Positions 10,236 through 22,064 of a DNA stretch of 64,000 nucleotides are shown one piece after another; position 1 is the first letter of the stretch; every line of letters begins with the position of its first letter. A program made the translations under genes and the position numbers. Source of the DNA: an uncultured Microthrixaceae bacterium. GTDB taxonomy: Bacteria > Actinomycetota > Acidimicrobiia > Acidimicrobiales > VFJN01. The stretch spans positions 4,029 through 68,028 of the forward strand of contig CAVPEW010000047.1 of assembly GCA_963703565.1 (NCBI GenBank), read 5' to 3'. The notes under the pieces are model-generated. The model had not been told where the DNA came from and did not search any database. It was given only the letters and a program-made list of their open reading frames with translations.

Positions 10236-11009
10236 TCAGGTGCTGGCGACCACCGCCCACTGCACCCGACACGTGTAGGGCATCGGGAAGGGCTCGCTGC
10301 GCCTCGCCACCAGCGCCACCACCGAACGCACCAGGCGCTCCCGCTCGGGTGCCGGCATGGCGGCGACGTAGGAGATCGAGCGAACCCGCTCGGCGAGCCG
10401 TCTGCGGTCCAGGAACTGCTCCCATGCGAACACGCGCTCGACCAGCGGCGTGAACGCCCCCGAACCCTCCACCACCCCGGGCCAGTCCACGTGCTGGTAG
10501 CGAGACACCGTCCGGTCGTGCCACCCGATGAGCCGGCTCATCTCGGCCACCCATGCCGAGCGCTCGTCGCGCTCGTTCCACAGAAGCGCCAGCCGGCCGC
10601 CGGGGCGCAGAACCCTGGCCACCTCGGCCAACGCCGCCGGAGCGTCGAACCAGTGGAAGGCCTGGGCGACGGTGACCACGTCGACCGACTCAGTCGCCAG
10701 GGGTATCGACTCGGCGGTGCCGTCCCTCACCTCGGCACCGGGCGCGGCCGCGCCCAGCACGCGGCGCATCTCGGCTACCGGCTCCACCGCCACCACAGTG
10801 GCCCCGAGCGCCACCAGCTCTCGGGTGAGCTTGCCGGTACCCGCCCCCAGGTCGCACACGACCTGACCCGCCGCGATCCCCACGGGACCGGCCAGGGCCT
10901 CCAGCGCTGCAGCCGGATAACCGGGCCGGGCCGCCTCGTAGGCCTCGGCGCCGGCGGAGAACCCGCGCCAGGCCACATCGTGGATGCGACCGCCGGCGGG
11001 CCCCGTCAC
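10236..11009 (-). CDS. Class I SAM-dependent methyltransferase
   Basis: YEAARPGYP, DLGAGTGKLT, TVAQAFHWFD, RVLRPGG. Confidence 0.9.
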   Translation of the reverse strand: MTGPAGGRIHDVAWRGFSAGAEAYEAARPGYPAAALEALAGPVGIAAGQVVCDLGAGTGKLTRELVALGATVVAVEPVAEMRRVLGAAAPGAEVRDGTAESIPLATESVDVVTVAQAFHWFDAPAALAEVARVLRPGGRLALLWNERDERSAWVAEMSRLIGWHDRTVSRYQHVDWPGVVEGSGAFTPLVERVFAWEQFLDRRRLAERVRSISYVAAMPAPERERLVRSVVALVARRSEPFPMPYTCRVQWAVVAST

Positions 11010-11010
11010 C

Positions 11011-11535
11011 TCAGGCCTCGTCGAAGACGCCGTCGTCGTAGGGGAAGGCCCGGTCCGGGGCCGCGTCCCGCTTGAACACCATCAGCTTGCGTCGGAAGCT
11101 GCACACCTGCTCGCCGCGCTGGTTGATGCCCAGGGTCTCGACCGTGACGATGCCCCGATCTCCCTTGGAGGTCTCCCGCACGTCGGCGACCCTGGTCACG
11201 GCGTAGATCGTGTCGCCGTGGAAGGTGGGCCTGGGGTGTCGCAGCGACTCGACCTCCAGGTTCGCGATCGCCGACCCGCTCACGTCGGGCACGCTCATGC
11301 CCAGCACCAACGAGTACACGAGGTTTCCGACCACGACGTTGCGTCCCTGCACGGTCTCGTTCGCCGCGTACCAGTCGTTGGTGTGCAACGGGTGGTGGTT
11401 CATGGTGATCATGCAGAAGAGGTGGTCGTCGTACTCCGTGATCGTCTTGCCGGGCCAATGCCGGTAGACGTCGCCGACCACGAAGTCCTCGAGATGTCGG
11501 CCGAACGGTCGGTCGTGGGTGGTCACGGCCCGCAT
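11011..11535 (-). CDS. MaoC-family (R)-specific enoyl-CoA hydratase
   Basis: GRHLEDFVVGDVYRHWPGKTITEYDDHLFCMITMNHHPLH, PTFHGDTI, NQRGE. Confidence 0.9.
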   Translation of the reverse strand: MRAVTTHDRPFGRHLEDFVVGDVYRHWPGKTITEYDDHLFCMITMNHHPLHTNDWYAANETVQGRNVVVGNLVYSLVLGMSVPDVSGSAIANLEVESLRHPRPTFHGDTIYAVTRVADVRETSKGDRGIVTVETLGINQRGEQVCSFRRKLMVFKRDAAPDRAFPYDDGVFDEA

Positions 11536-11615
11536 CGTCGTCTTTGGTCGACCGAGCCGGCAAGCTCGGTCGCGGCGCCCGGGCGCCCCGGGTGCGGCTT
11601 GTACCGTTCGTCGCC

Positions 11616-13205
11616 ATGATCCACCCCGATCTCGCCGCCGCGACCGAGGCCGTCGCCATCGCCGCCGAAGTGGTGGAGTCCGCCACCGCCGCGCTGGCCG
11701 CGGGCTCCGTGGACACCGACCAGGTCCTCGCCTACGACCTGGCCCACGCCGCTTCCGCCGTCGCCGCAGCCCGGGTGATGCTCGACTACGGCGCCCTCGG
11801 CGACGTCGAGGCCGCCCTCGCGTGCGCTTTCGTCGCCGATGCGGTGTCGGAGCTGGCCGCGCGCACCTACGGGCGCGAGGCGCTGTGGGGATGCCAGCCC
11901 GGCGCGCTCGACGCCACCCGGGCCTTCACGGCCACCTTCCGCGATCCCGTCTTCCTCGCCGGCCTCGCGGGCTCCTCCGGGCCACGACACCTCGACGCCG
12001 ACTTCGAGCTGGTAGCGGACACCTTCGGCCGCTTCGCCCAGGACAAGCTGGTGCCGGTCGCAGAGCACATCCACCGCCGCAACGCCGACATCGGCGAGGA
12101 CGTCATCGCCGGCCTCGCAGAGCTCGGCGCCTTCGGCCTGTCGATCCCCGAGGCCTACGGCGGCTTCGGCGAGGGCGGCGAATCGGAGTACCTCGGCATG
12201 GTGGTGGCGACCGAGGAGCTGTCGAGGGGCAGCCTCGGAGCAGGTGGCTCCCTCATCACACGGCCCGAGATCCTCACCCGGGCACTGCTCAAGGGCGGCA
12301 CCGAGGAGCAGAAGCAGCGGTGGCTGCCCCGGATGGCGGGCGGTGAGCTTCTGAACGCCGTGGCGGTGACCGAGCCCGACTACGGCTCGGACGTGGCCGG
12401 CATCAAGGTGACCGCGACCCGCTCCACGGACGCGGACGGCCGGGCGGGCTGGAAGGTGAACGGCGTCAAGACATGGTGCACCTTCGCTGCACGCGCCGAC
12501 CTGCTAATGCTCCTGGCCCGCACCGACCCCGAACGCTCCGCCGCACACCGGGGCCTGTCGCTGTTCGTCGTGGACAAGGCGCGCGGTGACGGTGACGGCT
12601 TCGTCGAGCACCAGGCGGGCGGAGGCCGACTCGAGGGGCGGCCCATCGACACCATCGGCTACCGCGGAATGCACTCCTACGAGCTGGCCTTCGAGGACTG
12701 GTTCGTGCCGGCCGAGAACCTCATCGGCGGCGAGGACGGCATCGGTCAGGGCTTCTACCTGCAGATGGCCGGCTTCGAGAACGGTCGTCTTCAGACCGCC
12801 GCGCGCGCGGTGGGCGTCATGCAGGCCGCCTACGAGGCAGCGGTCGCCTACGCGGCGGACCGCAAGGTCTTCGGCGCGCCGATCGGCGACTACCAGCTCA
12901 CCCAGGTCAAGCTCGCCCGCATGGCCTTCACCATCCAGGCCGCTCGGCAGTTCTCCTACGAGGTGGCGCGCCTCATGGCCAGGGGCGAGGGGACGCTCGA
13001 GGCGGCGATGGTGAAGGCCTACGTGTGCAAGGCGGCCGAGTGGGTCACCCGCGAAGCCATGCAGATCCACGGCGGGATGGGCTATGCGGAGGAGTACCCG
13101 GTCAGCCGCTACTTCGTCGACGCCCGGGTGCTGTCGATCTTCGAGGGCGCCGACGAGACCTTGTGCCTCAAGGTGATCGCTCGGCGCCTGGTCGCCACAC
13201 GCTGA
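11616..13205 (+). CDS. mcd: Acyl-CoA dehydrogenase, (2S)-methylsuccinyl-CoA dehydrogenase-like
   Basis: 529 aa with N-terminal extension; EELSRG, TEPDYGSD, IGYRGMHSYEL, RLQTAARAVGV, DARVLSIFEGA; adjacent to mcl and mcl2. Confidence 0.75.
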   Translation: MIHPDLAAATEAVAIAAEVVESATAALAAGSVDTDQVLAYDLAHAASAVAAARVMLDYGALGDVEAALACAFVADAVSELAARTYGREALWGCQPGALDATRAFTATFRDPVFLAGLAGSSGPRHLDADFELVADTFGRFAQDKLVPVAEHIHRRNADIGEDVIAGLAELGAFGLSIPEAYGGFGEGGESEYLGMVVATEELSRGSLGAGGSLITRPEILTRALLKGGTEEQKQRWLPRMAGGELLNAVAVTEPDYGSDVAGIKVTATRSTDADGRAGWKVNGVKTWCTFAARADLLMLLARTDPERSAAHRGLSLFVVDKARGDGDGFVEHQAGGGRLEGRPIDTIGYRGMHSYELAFEDWFVPAENLIGGEDGIGQGFYLQMAGFENGRLQTAARAVGVMQAAYEAAVAYAADRKVFGAPIGDYQLTQVKLARMAFTIQAARQFSYEVARLMARGEGTLEAAMVKAYVCKAAEWVTREAMQIHGGMGYAEEYPVSRYFVDARVLSIFEGADETLCLKVIARRLVATR

Positions 13206-13269
13206 GCGCCGATGCCGCCCCGGCCGCCCTCGTTGGGTCGCCCTGCGGGCGATCCCTAGTGTGCGCACC

Positions 13270-14319
13270 ATGCGGAACCCGAAGGACTTCTTCCGGCCCC
13301 TCGCCGTCGGGGCCCCCGAGCCGCTGCGGGAGATCCCATCGCGGCCCTCGCGGATGATCCACTTCCTGCCGGCGTCGAACCCCAAGATGGTGGCCAAGGT
13401 GCCGGACCTGGCCCCCACCGTGGACGTGCTGCTCGCCAACCTCGAGGACGGGGTCCCCGCCAGCGACAAGGAGGCGGCCCGAGCGGGGATGGTCTCCATC
13501 GCCAAGGACTGGTCCGCGACATCTACCTCGCTGTGGACCAGGGTCAACTCGCTCGACTCGCCCTGGGGCCTCGACGACCTGACCGCGGCGGTCACCCGAG
13601 CCGGCGACGCGCTGGAGGTGGTGATGATCCCCAAGGTCGAGGGCCCCGAGGACATCCACTACGTGGACCGGCTGCTGGCCCAGCTCGAAGCGCGCGTCGG
13701 CCGTGGCGCTCCCGTACTGGTCCACGCCATCCTCGAGACGGCCCGGGGGGTCGCCAACGTCGAGGAGATCTGCGCGGCGAGCCCACGCCTGCAGGGCCTC
13801 TCACTGGGCCCCGCGGACCTGGCCGCCAACCGCCGCATGAAGACCACTCGGGTCGGAGGGGGCCACCCCGGCTACCTGGTCCGCCAGGACCCCGACGGTG
13901 CCGGAGGCGAGAGGGCGACCTTCCAGCAGGACCTGTGGCACTACACGATCGCCAGGATGGTCGACGCCTGCGTGGCCAACGGCCTCTTCGCCTACTACGG
14001 GCCCTTCGGCGACATCAGCGACCCGGTCGCCTGCGAGGACCAGTTCCGCAACGCGTACCTGCTCGGCTGCGTCGGGGCCTGGAGCCTGCACCCCAGCCAG
14101 ATAGAGATCGCCAAGAAGGTCTTCACGCCCGATCCAGCCGACGTCGCCCACGCACGGCGGGTCATCGCGGCGATGGGTGACGGCACCGGGGCCCTCATGC
14201 TCGACGGGAAGATGGAGGACGACGCATCCGTCAAGCAGTGCAGGGTGATGGTCGAGCTGGCCGAGGAGCTCGCCTCGCGCGATCCCGACCTGGCCCGACG
14301 CTACGAGGAGGTGGCGTGA
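13270..14319 (+). CDS. mcl: Malyl-CoA/beta-methylmalyl-CoA/citramalyl-CoA lyase (Chloroflexus-type)
   Basis: FFRPLAVGAPEPLREIP.RP.R.IHF, NLEDGVP, SLGPADLAA, QQDLWHYTI, YGPFGD, WSLHP recall the Chloroflexus aurantiacus MMC lyase. Confidence 0.85.
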   Translation: MRNPKDFFRPLAVGAPEPLREIPSRPSRMIHFLPASNPKMVAKVPDLAPTVDVLLANLEDGVPASDKEAARAGMVSIAKDWSATSTSLWTRVNSLDSPWGLDDLTAAVTRAGDALEVVMIPKVEGPEDIHYVDRLLAQLEARVGRGAPVLVHAILETARGVANVEEICAASPRLQGLSLGPADLAANRRMKTTRVGGGHPGYLVRQDPDGAGGERATFQQDLWHYTIARMVDACVANGLFAYYGPFGDISDPVACEDQFRNAYLLGCVGAWSLHPSQIEIAKKVFTPDPADVAHARRVIAAMGDGTGALMLDGKMEDDASVKQCRVMVELAEELASRDPDLARRYEEVA

Positions 14320-15221
14320 TGGGTGCCGAGCCGACCCCCACCGACGACCCGGCGCTGCGACCCCGCCGTTCCGTGCTGTACATGCCTGGCGCCAACGAGC
14401 GGGCGCTGGCCAAGGCGGCGACCCTGCCCGCCGACGCGCTCATCTTGGACCTCGAGGACGCCGTCGCCCCCGACGCCAAGCTCGACGCACGGGAGAGGGT
14501 CTGCGCCGCGGTGCGCGGCGGCGGATACGGCGCTCGGGAGGTCACCGTCCGGGTGAACGGCCTCGACACGGAGTGGTTCGCCGACGACATGGCCGCCGTC
14601 GCCGCCGCGGGCCCCGACGGGGTGGTGGTCCCCAAGGTCTCCTCCCCCGGTGACGTGGCTGCGATCGAAGATGCGCTGGAAGTCGGGTCCGCCCCGGCCC
14701 GTACCCGCATCTGGGCGATGCTCGAGACGCCGGCTGCGGTGCTCGACGCCCGAGCCATCTGTGCTGCCTCGCCCCGCCTGGCGGTGCTGGTCATGGGCAC
14801 CAACGACCTGGCCAAAGAGCTCGGCGCCCAGCACGTGGTGGGCCGTGAGCCCCTGCTCACCGGTCTGTCCCTGTGCCTGCTGGCGGCTCGGGCCGAGTCG
14901 AAGGTGATCCTCGACGGCGTGTACAACGACCTGGCCGACACAGATGGCTTCGCCAGCGAGTGCGGGCAGGGGGCCCGGATGGGCTTCGACGGCAAGACCC
15001 TCATCCACCCCAGCCAGATCGAGCCGGCCAACCGCGCCTTCGCCCCCGGCGACGAGGAGGTGCTGCACGCGCAGAGGGTCATCGAGGCCTTCGACCTGGC
15101 GCGGCGCGAAGGGCGTGGGGTCGTGACCGTGGACGGACGGATGGTGGAGAACCTCCACGTCGCGACTGCCGAGCGCACCCTGGCCCGAGCAGCCAGGATC
15201 GCCGAGCTCGAGCTGGGCTGA
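14319..15221 (+). CDS. mcl2: CitE-family protein, (3S)-malyl-CoA thioesterase Mcl2-like
   Basis: RPRRSVLYMPGANERALAKA, LILDLEDAVAP, MGTNDL, GFDGKTLIHP; TGATG coupling to mcl. Confidence 0.75.
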   Translation: MGAEPTPTDDPALRPRRSVLYMPGANERALAKAATLPADALILDLEDAVAPDAKLDARERVCAAVRGGGYGAREVTVRVNGLDTEWFADDMAAVAAAGPDGVVVPKVSSPGDVAAIEDALEVGSAPARTRIWAMLETPAAVLDARAICAASPRLAVLVMGTNDLAKELGAQHVVGREPLLTGLSLCLLAARAESKVILDGVYNDLADTDGFASECGQGARMGFDGKTLIHPSQIEPANRAFAPGDEEVLHAQRVIEAFDLARREGRGVVTVDGRMVENLHVATAERTLARAARIAELELG

Positions 15222-15226
15222 CGGGC

Positions 15227-15907
15227 TCAGCCCAGCTCGGCCCGCAGGAACTCGAGGGTGGACGACCAGGCCGCCGCCGCGGCCGCCGGGTCGTAGACCT
15301 CGGGGCGGTCGTCGTTGAAGAAGGCGTGGTCCACCCCGGGATGGATCTCGAGGTCGGCCCGCTTGCCGCGCGCCCGCAGGTCCGCCTCGAGCGCTCGGAC
15401 CTTGTCCGGCGAGAAGAACCCGTCGAGCTCGGCGAAGTGCCCCTGCACCGCGGCCGCGAGCGCGGACCAGTCGGGCTCGGCGTCGGGCCAGGGCACGATC
15501 CCGTAGAACGGAACGCACGCCGCCACCTTGTCGGGTCGCTGCGTGGCCAGCACCAGGGCAAGCCCTCCCCCCATGCAGAACCCGACCACACCCACCCGAT
15601 CCTGCCCGGCCCGCAGAGCCACCTCGTCCACCGCACCCGAGAGGTCCCGGGCCGCCTGGGCGAGGTTCAGCGACATCATCTTCTTGCCCGCCTCGTCTGG
15701 CTCGGTCGTGGCCTCCCCCCGGTAGAGGTCGGCGGCCAGGGCCACGAACCCCTCACCGGCGAAACGGTCGCACACCTCGCGGATGTGGGGCACCAGGCCC
15801 CACCACTCCTGGATCACCACCACTGCGGGCCCAGTGCCACTTTCGGGCGTCGCCAGATACCCCGGTGCCGAGCCGCCGTTGCTGGGGAACTCCACCATCT
15901 GTCCCAT
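15227..15907 (-). CDS. Dienelactone hydrolase family protein
   Basis: IQEWWGL, GFCMGG, HAFFND. Confidence 0.93.
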   Translation of the reverse strand: MGQMVEFPSNGGSAPGYLATPESGTGPAVVVIQEWWGLVPHIREVCDRFAGEGFVALAADLYRGEATTEPDEAGKKMMSLNLAQAARDLSGAVDEVALRAGQDRVGVVGFCMGGGLALVLATQRPDKVAACVPFYGIVPWPDAEPDWSALAAAVQGHFAELDGFFSPDKVRALEADLRARGKRADLEIHPGVDHAFFNDDRPEVYDPAAAAAAWSSTLEFLRAELG

Positions 15908-15942
15908 GGACCCCGACGGTAACGCCGCCGCGTTCGGAACGC

Positions 15943-16782
15943 TCAGCGCACGCGTCGTGGTCGGTCGAAGGTCCCCGGAGCGCTGCCGCCCCGCAGCAGC
16001 TCGCCGGCTACGGGCTCGTCCTGCCCCGCTCGTGGCTCTCCCGGAGCTGCCGGTCCTTCAGGGCAGACCACCGAGGTCACCAGCGACATGGCCACGACCT
16101 CCTCGTCGAGGTCCCAAGGGTCCGTCGGCCTGGACCGCAGGCGCGACACGATCTCGTCGAACACGGGCCCGGGCAGGGACCGCCCCGCACCGGCCACCAG
16201 CCAGACCGGCACCTCATGGTGCGCCGCCACCGCCGCGGCGGCGACCGATCCCGATACGACCACCGCCGCCCGCGTCCCGGCCGCCACAGTCTCGAGCAGG
16301 ACCAGGTCGCTGGCCTCCACTGCTGCGGCGAGGCCGGCTGCGGGCACGTCCAAGGCGTCGACACCGGCGTGCGCCAGGCGCCGAACCAGGCCGGCGGCCT
16401 CACCCAGGGCGTCGACAGCGAGCACCTCCAGATCGCCGCGACGCGCCAGCGCCTGCGCCACCAGCTCGGGCCAGCCCACCACGCTCACGGTCGCGGAGTC
16501 GGGCACCACATCGACCAGGTGGTCCACCGTGGGGTCGTCCTCGACCGCCGCCACGGCCTCGCGGGCCGCCTGCCAAGCGTCAGGCGCTGTGAGGATCCGG
16601 CCGCAGAGCCACCACAGCGGGCCGGCGGTGGGGTTGCGGTCCAGCAGTCGTCGAGCGGCCGCTACCAGGTCCGGGCCACCGAGGCCCAGGCTCGCCAGCG
16701 CGCCGGCACTCTGGGAGACCAGCGCGGCCTGGTCCCCGCCGGAGGACCGCGCCACGTAGCGGAGCCGCTCGATCGGGTGCAT
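15943..16782 (-). CDS. Hypothetical protein with eIF-2B/MtnA-like fold
   Basis: Helical N-terminus (RRLLDRNPTAGPL) plus Rossmann-like C-terminus (SDLVLLE...AAAAVAAHHEVPVWLVA). Confidence 0.6.
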   Translation of the reverse strand: MHPIERLRYVARSSGGDQAALVSQSAGALASLGLGGPDLVAAARRLLDRNPTAGPLWWLCGRILTAPDAWQAAREAVAAVEDDPTVDHLVDVVPDSATVSVVGWPELVAQALARRGDLEVLAVDALGEAAGLVRRLAHAGVDALDVPAAGLAAAVEASDLVLLETVAAGTRAAVVVSGSVAAAAVAAHHEVPVWLVAGAGRSLPGPVFDEIVSRLRSRPTDPWDLDEEVVAMSLVTSVVCPEGPAAPGEPRAGQDEPVAGELLRGGSAPGTFDRPRRVR

Positions 16783-16799
16783 CGCGGCGCCTCGCCCCC

Positions 16800-17213
16800 C
16801 TAGTAGCCGGGCTTGAAGACCATCAGGTAGAGCATGACCACGAACAGCACCGTGAGCACCTTGTGGCCGTTCTCCTCGAGGGTGGCGTCGCCCTTGCGCC
16901 TACCCGCGAGCACCATGGCGTGCTGCACGCCGATCATGGCGATCCACACCAAGAACGCGAGCGAGATCCAGGCCTGGGAGAACTCCCACACCCGATCGTC
17001 GCCGATCTCGGGGCTGGTGAAGATCAGCAGGATCCCGAAAAGCCCCGCTGCGATCAGCGACGGCGCATACACGGTGCGCCCCGCGGCGGCCACGGCCTGG
17101 CGTACGTCGCCACCGCCGGGCAGCAACGTGAGCGCCGACGGGCCGAGCCCGACCACCACCGCGGCCACGTGCAGGATCAGGAAGATGTTGTAGGCGTTCG
17201 AGAAGCCGGGCAT
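16800..17213 (-). CDS. Small integral membrane protein (DUF2269-like)
   Basis: Four hydrophobic segments; FLILHVAAVVVG...WEFSQAWI...LYLMVFKPG. Confidence 0.75.
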   Translation of the reverse strand: MPGFSNAYNIFLILHVAAVVVGLGPSALTLLPGGGDVRQAVAAAGRTVYAPSLIAAGLFGILLIFTSPEIGDDRVWEFSQAWISLAFLVWIAMIGVQHAMVLAGRRKGDATLEENGHKVLTVLFVVMLYLMVFKPGY

Positions 17214-17278
17214 GCGCTAGTCCTCGGTGCTGGGCGGGATCTGCTGGGCCCGAACCTACCGCGCTACCTTCTCGCGCC

Positions 17279-17770
17279 GTGGCGACCGACCCCCCGGCCG
17301 ATCTGGTGCTCACGCCCCTGCAGGGCGAACCCCGGACGATCGACCAGCAGCTCACCACGTTCCAGTTCCTGGCCGTGGTCCTGGACCCGTTCACCAACGA
17401 GAGCGCTTGGATCCTCGAGACCGCCGGTCGCATCCTGACCCACTTCAGCGGCGCCGACTGCCGCAACGCCTTCGTGGTGACCGCCTCGCCCGAGGCCACC
17501 CGGACCTTCCTGGGACCCTGGGCGCAGCGGCTGCTCACCTTCGCCGACCCCGACCGTGACGCGGTTCGCGCCCTGGGGCTGGTCGAGCTGCCGGCGCTGG
17601 TGCACGTGCGCCAGGACCGGGCCGTGGTCGGTGTGGCCGAGGGATGGGACCCTGTGCAGTGGCGGACCGTCGCACAGGGGGTGGCGCGCGCCAACTCGTG
17701 GACCGTGCCGAGCATCCCGGTCGCCGGTGACCCGTCGCCGTTCGCCGGGTCGGCTGCGATCGGGGCCTGA
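17279..17770 (+). CDS. Thioredoxin/peroxiredoxin-like fold protein without CxxC
   Basis: LTPLQGEPRTIDQ, FADPDRDAVRALGL, PALVHVRQD resemble the AhpC/TSA scaffold. Confidence 0.6.
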   Translation: MATDPPADLVLTPLQGEPRTIDQQLTTFQFLAVVLDPFTNESAWILETAGRILTHFSGADCRNAFVVTASPEATRTFLGPWAQRLLTFADPDRDAVRALGLVELPALVHVRQDRAVVGVAEGWDPVQWRTVAQGVARANSWTVPSIPVAGDPSPFAGSAAIGA

Positions 17771-17799
17771 GCCCCCGACGCCCCTGCCCGTGCGGGCGG

Positions 17800-19186
<1,387 letters not shown>

Positions 19187-19208
19187 CGGGCCAACCTACG
19201 GTTCGAGC
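19187..19208. promoter_or_regulatory. Bidirectional promoter with overlapping -10 hexamers (leaderless)
   Basis: TACGGT (+, 19197-19202) and TAGGTT (-, 19198-19193), each 6 nt from its start codon; no RBS on either side. Confidence 0.65.
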
Positions 19209-20852
<1,644 letters not shown>

Positions 20853-20952
20853 GCGCCGGCGACGGCGACGGCGACGGCTCCGAGCGGTGCCGGACTGTGC
20901 CAGAGTCGTGCCGCCCGACGACATGTCGGCGGAGCGGAACGTAGGAGCAGTC

Positions 20953-22038
20953 GTGCCCCACGAGGTAAGAGCGGTCGTGGCCCGCAGCGCGCACGCGCCC
21001 GTCGAGGTCGTGCAGATCGAGGTGCCGGACCCGGGTCCCGGCGAGGCGCTCGTCGCCGTGCAGGCCTGTGGGGTGTGCCACACCGACCTGCACTACCGGG
21101 AGGGCGGGATCTCCGAGGACTTCCCCTTCCTGCTCGGCCACGAGGCCGCCGGCGTGGTGGAAGCGGTCGGGGAGGGCGTCACATCGGTCTCACCGGGCCA
21201 GTTCGTGATCCTCAACTGGCGCGCCGTGTGCGGTGAGTGCCGCGCCTGTCGGCGCGGGCGACCCTGGTACTGCTTCTCGACTGCCAACGCCTCCCAGCCC
21301 ATGACCCTCGAGGGACGACCTCTGGTGCCGGCGCTCGGCATCGGCGCCTTCGCCGACAAGACGCTGGTCGCCGCGGGCCAGTGCACGCCGGTCGACCCAC
21401 GGGTGCGGCCGGAGGTGGCCGGCCTGCTCGGGTGCGGCGTCATGGCCGGGATCGGCGCCGCCGTGAACACCGGCGGGGTCGGCATCGGCGACTCCGTAGC
21501 GGTCTTCGGCTGTGGCGGGGTCGGCGCCGCTGCCGTCATGGGGGCGCGCCTCGCCCGTGCGGGCACCGTGATCGCGGTCGACCGCGACCCCGCCAAGCTC
21601 GAAGCGGTCCGGGGCCTCGGCGCCACCCACGTGGTCGACGCTTCGAGCGCCGACCCCGTCGCTGCCGTACGGGCTGCCACCGGGGGCTTCGGAGCCGACG
21701 TGTGCATCGAGGCAGTCGGTCATCCAGACGTGTTCCGCCAGTGCTTCGACGCCCGGGATCTCGCCGGCACCGTGGTGCAGGTGGGCGTACCGACCCCGGA
21801 GATGACCATCGAGCTGCCCTTCTCCGAGGTCTTCGGTCGGGGCGGGAGCATCAAGCCGAGTTGGTACGGCGACTGCCTGCCATCGAGGGACTTTCCGGCC
21901 CTGGTCGACCTCCACCTGGCGGGGCGCCTCCCGCTGGAGCGCTTCGTGAGCGAGACCATCGAGCTCGGAGCCGTCGAGGAGGCCTTCGCCAAGATGCGCC
22001 GGGGCGAGGTGCTGCGCTCGGTGGTCGTGCTGGGCTGA
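20953..22038 (+). CDS. mscR: S-(hydroxymethyl)mycothiol dehydrogenase
   Basis: [50 protein letters not shown]; AGGAG RBS. Confidence 0.9.
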   Translation: MPHEVRAVVARSAHAPVEVVQIEVPDPGPGEALVAVQACGVCHTDLHYREGGISEDFPFLLGHEAAGVVEAVGEGVTSVSPGQFVILNWRAVCGECRACRRGRPWYCFSTANASQPMTLEGRPLVPALGIGAFADKTLVAAGQCTPVDPRVRPEVAGLLGCGVMAGIGAAVNTGGVGIGDSVAVFGCGGVGAAAVMGARLARAGTVIAVDRDPAKLEAVRGLGATHVVDASSADPVAAVRAATGGFGADVCIEAVGHPDVFRQCFDARDLAGTVVQVGVPTPEMTIELPFSEVFGRGGSIKPSWYGDCLPSRDFPALVDLHLAGRLPLERFVSETIELGAVEEAFAKMRRGEVLRSVVVLG

Positions 22039-22064
22039 ACGGCAGCGACCGGACCGCCGGCGCC

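Noticed and set aside
20857-20878. (GACGGC)x3 microsatellite after the class I fumarase
   Set aside because: Short GC-rich repeat with no evident function.
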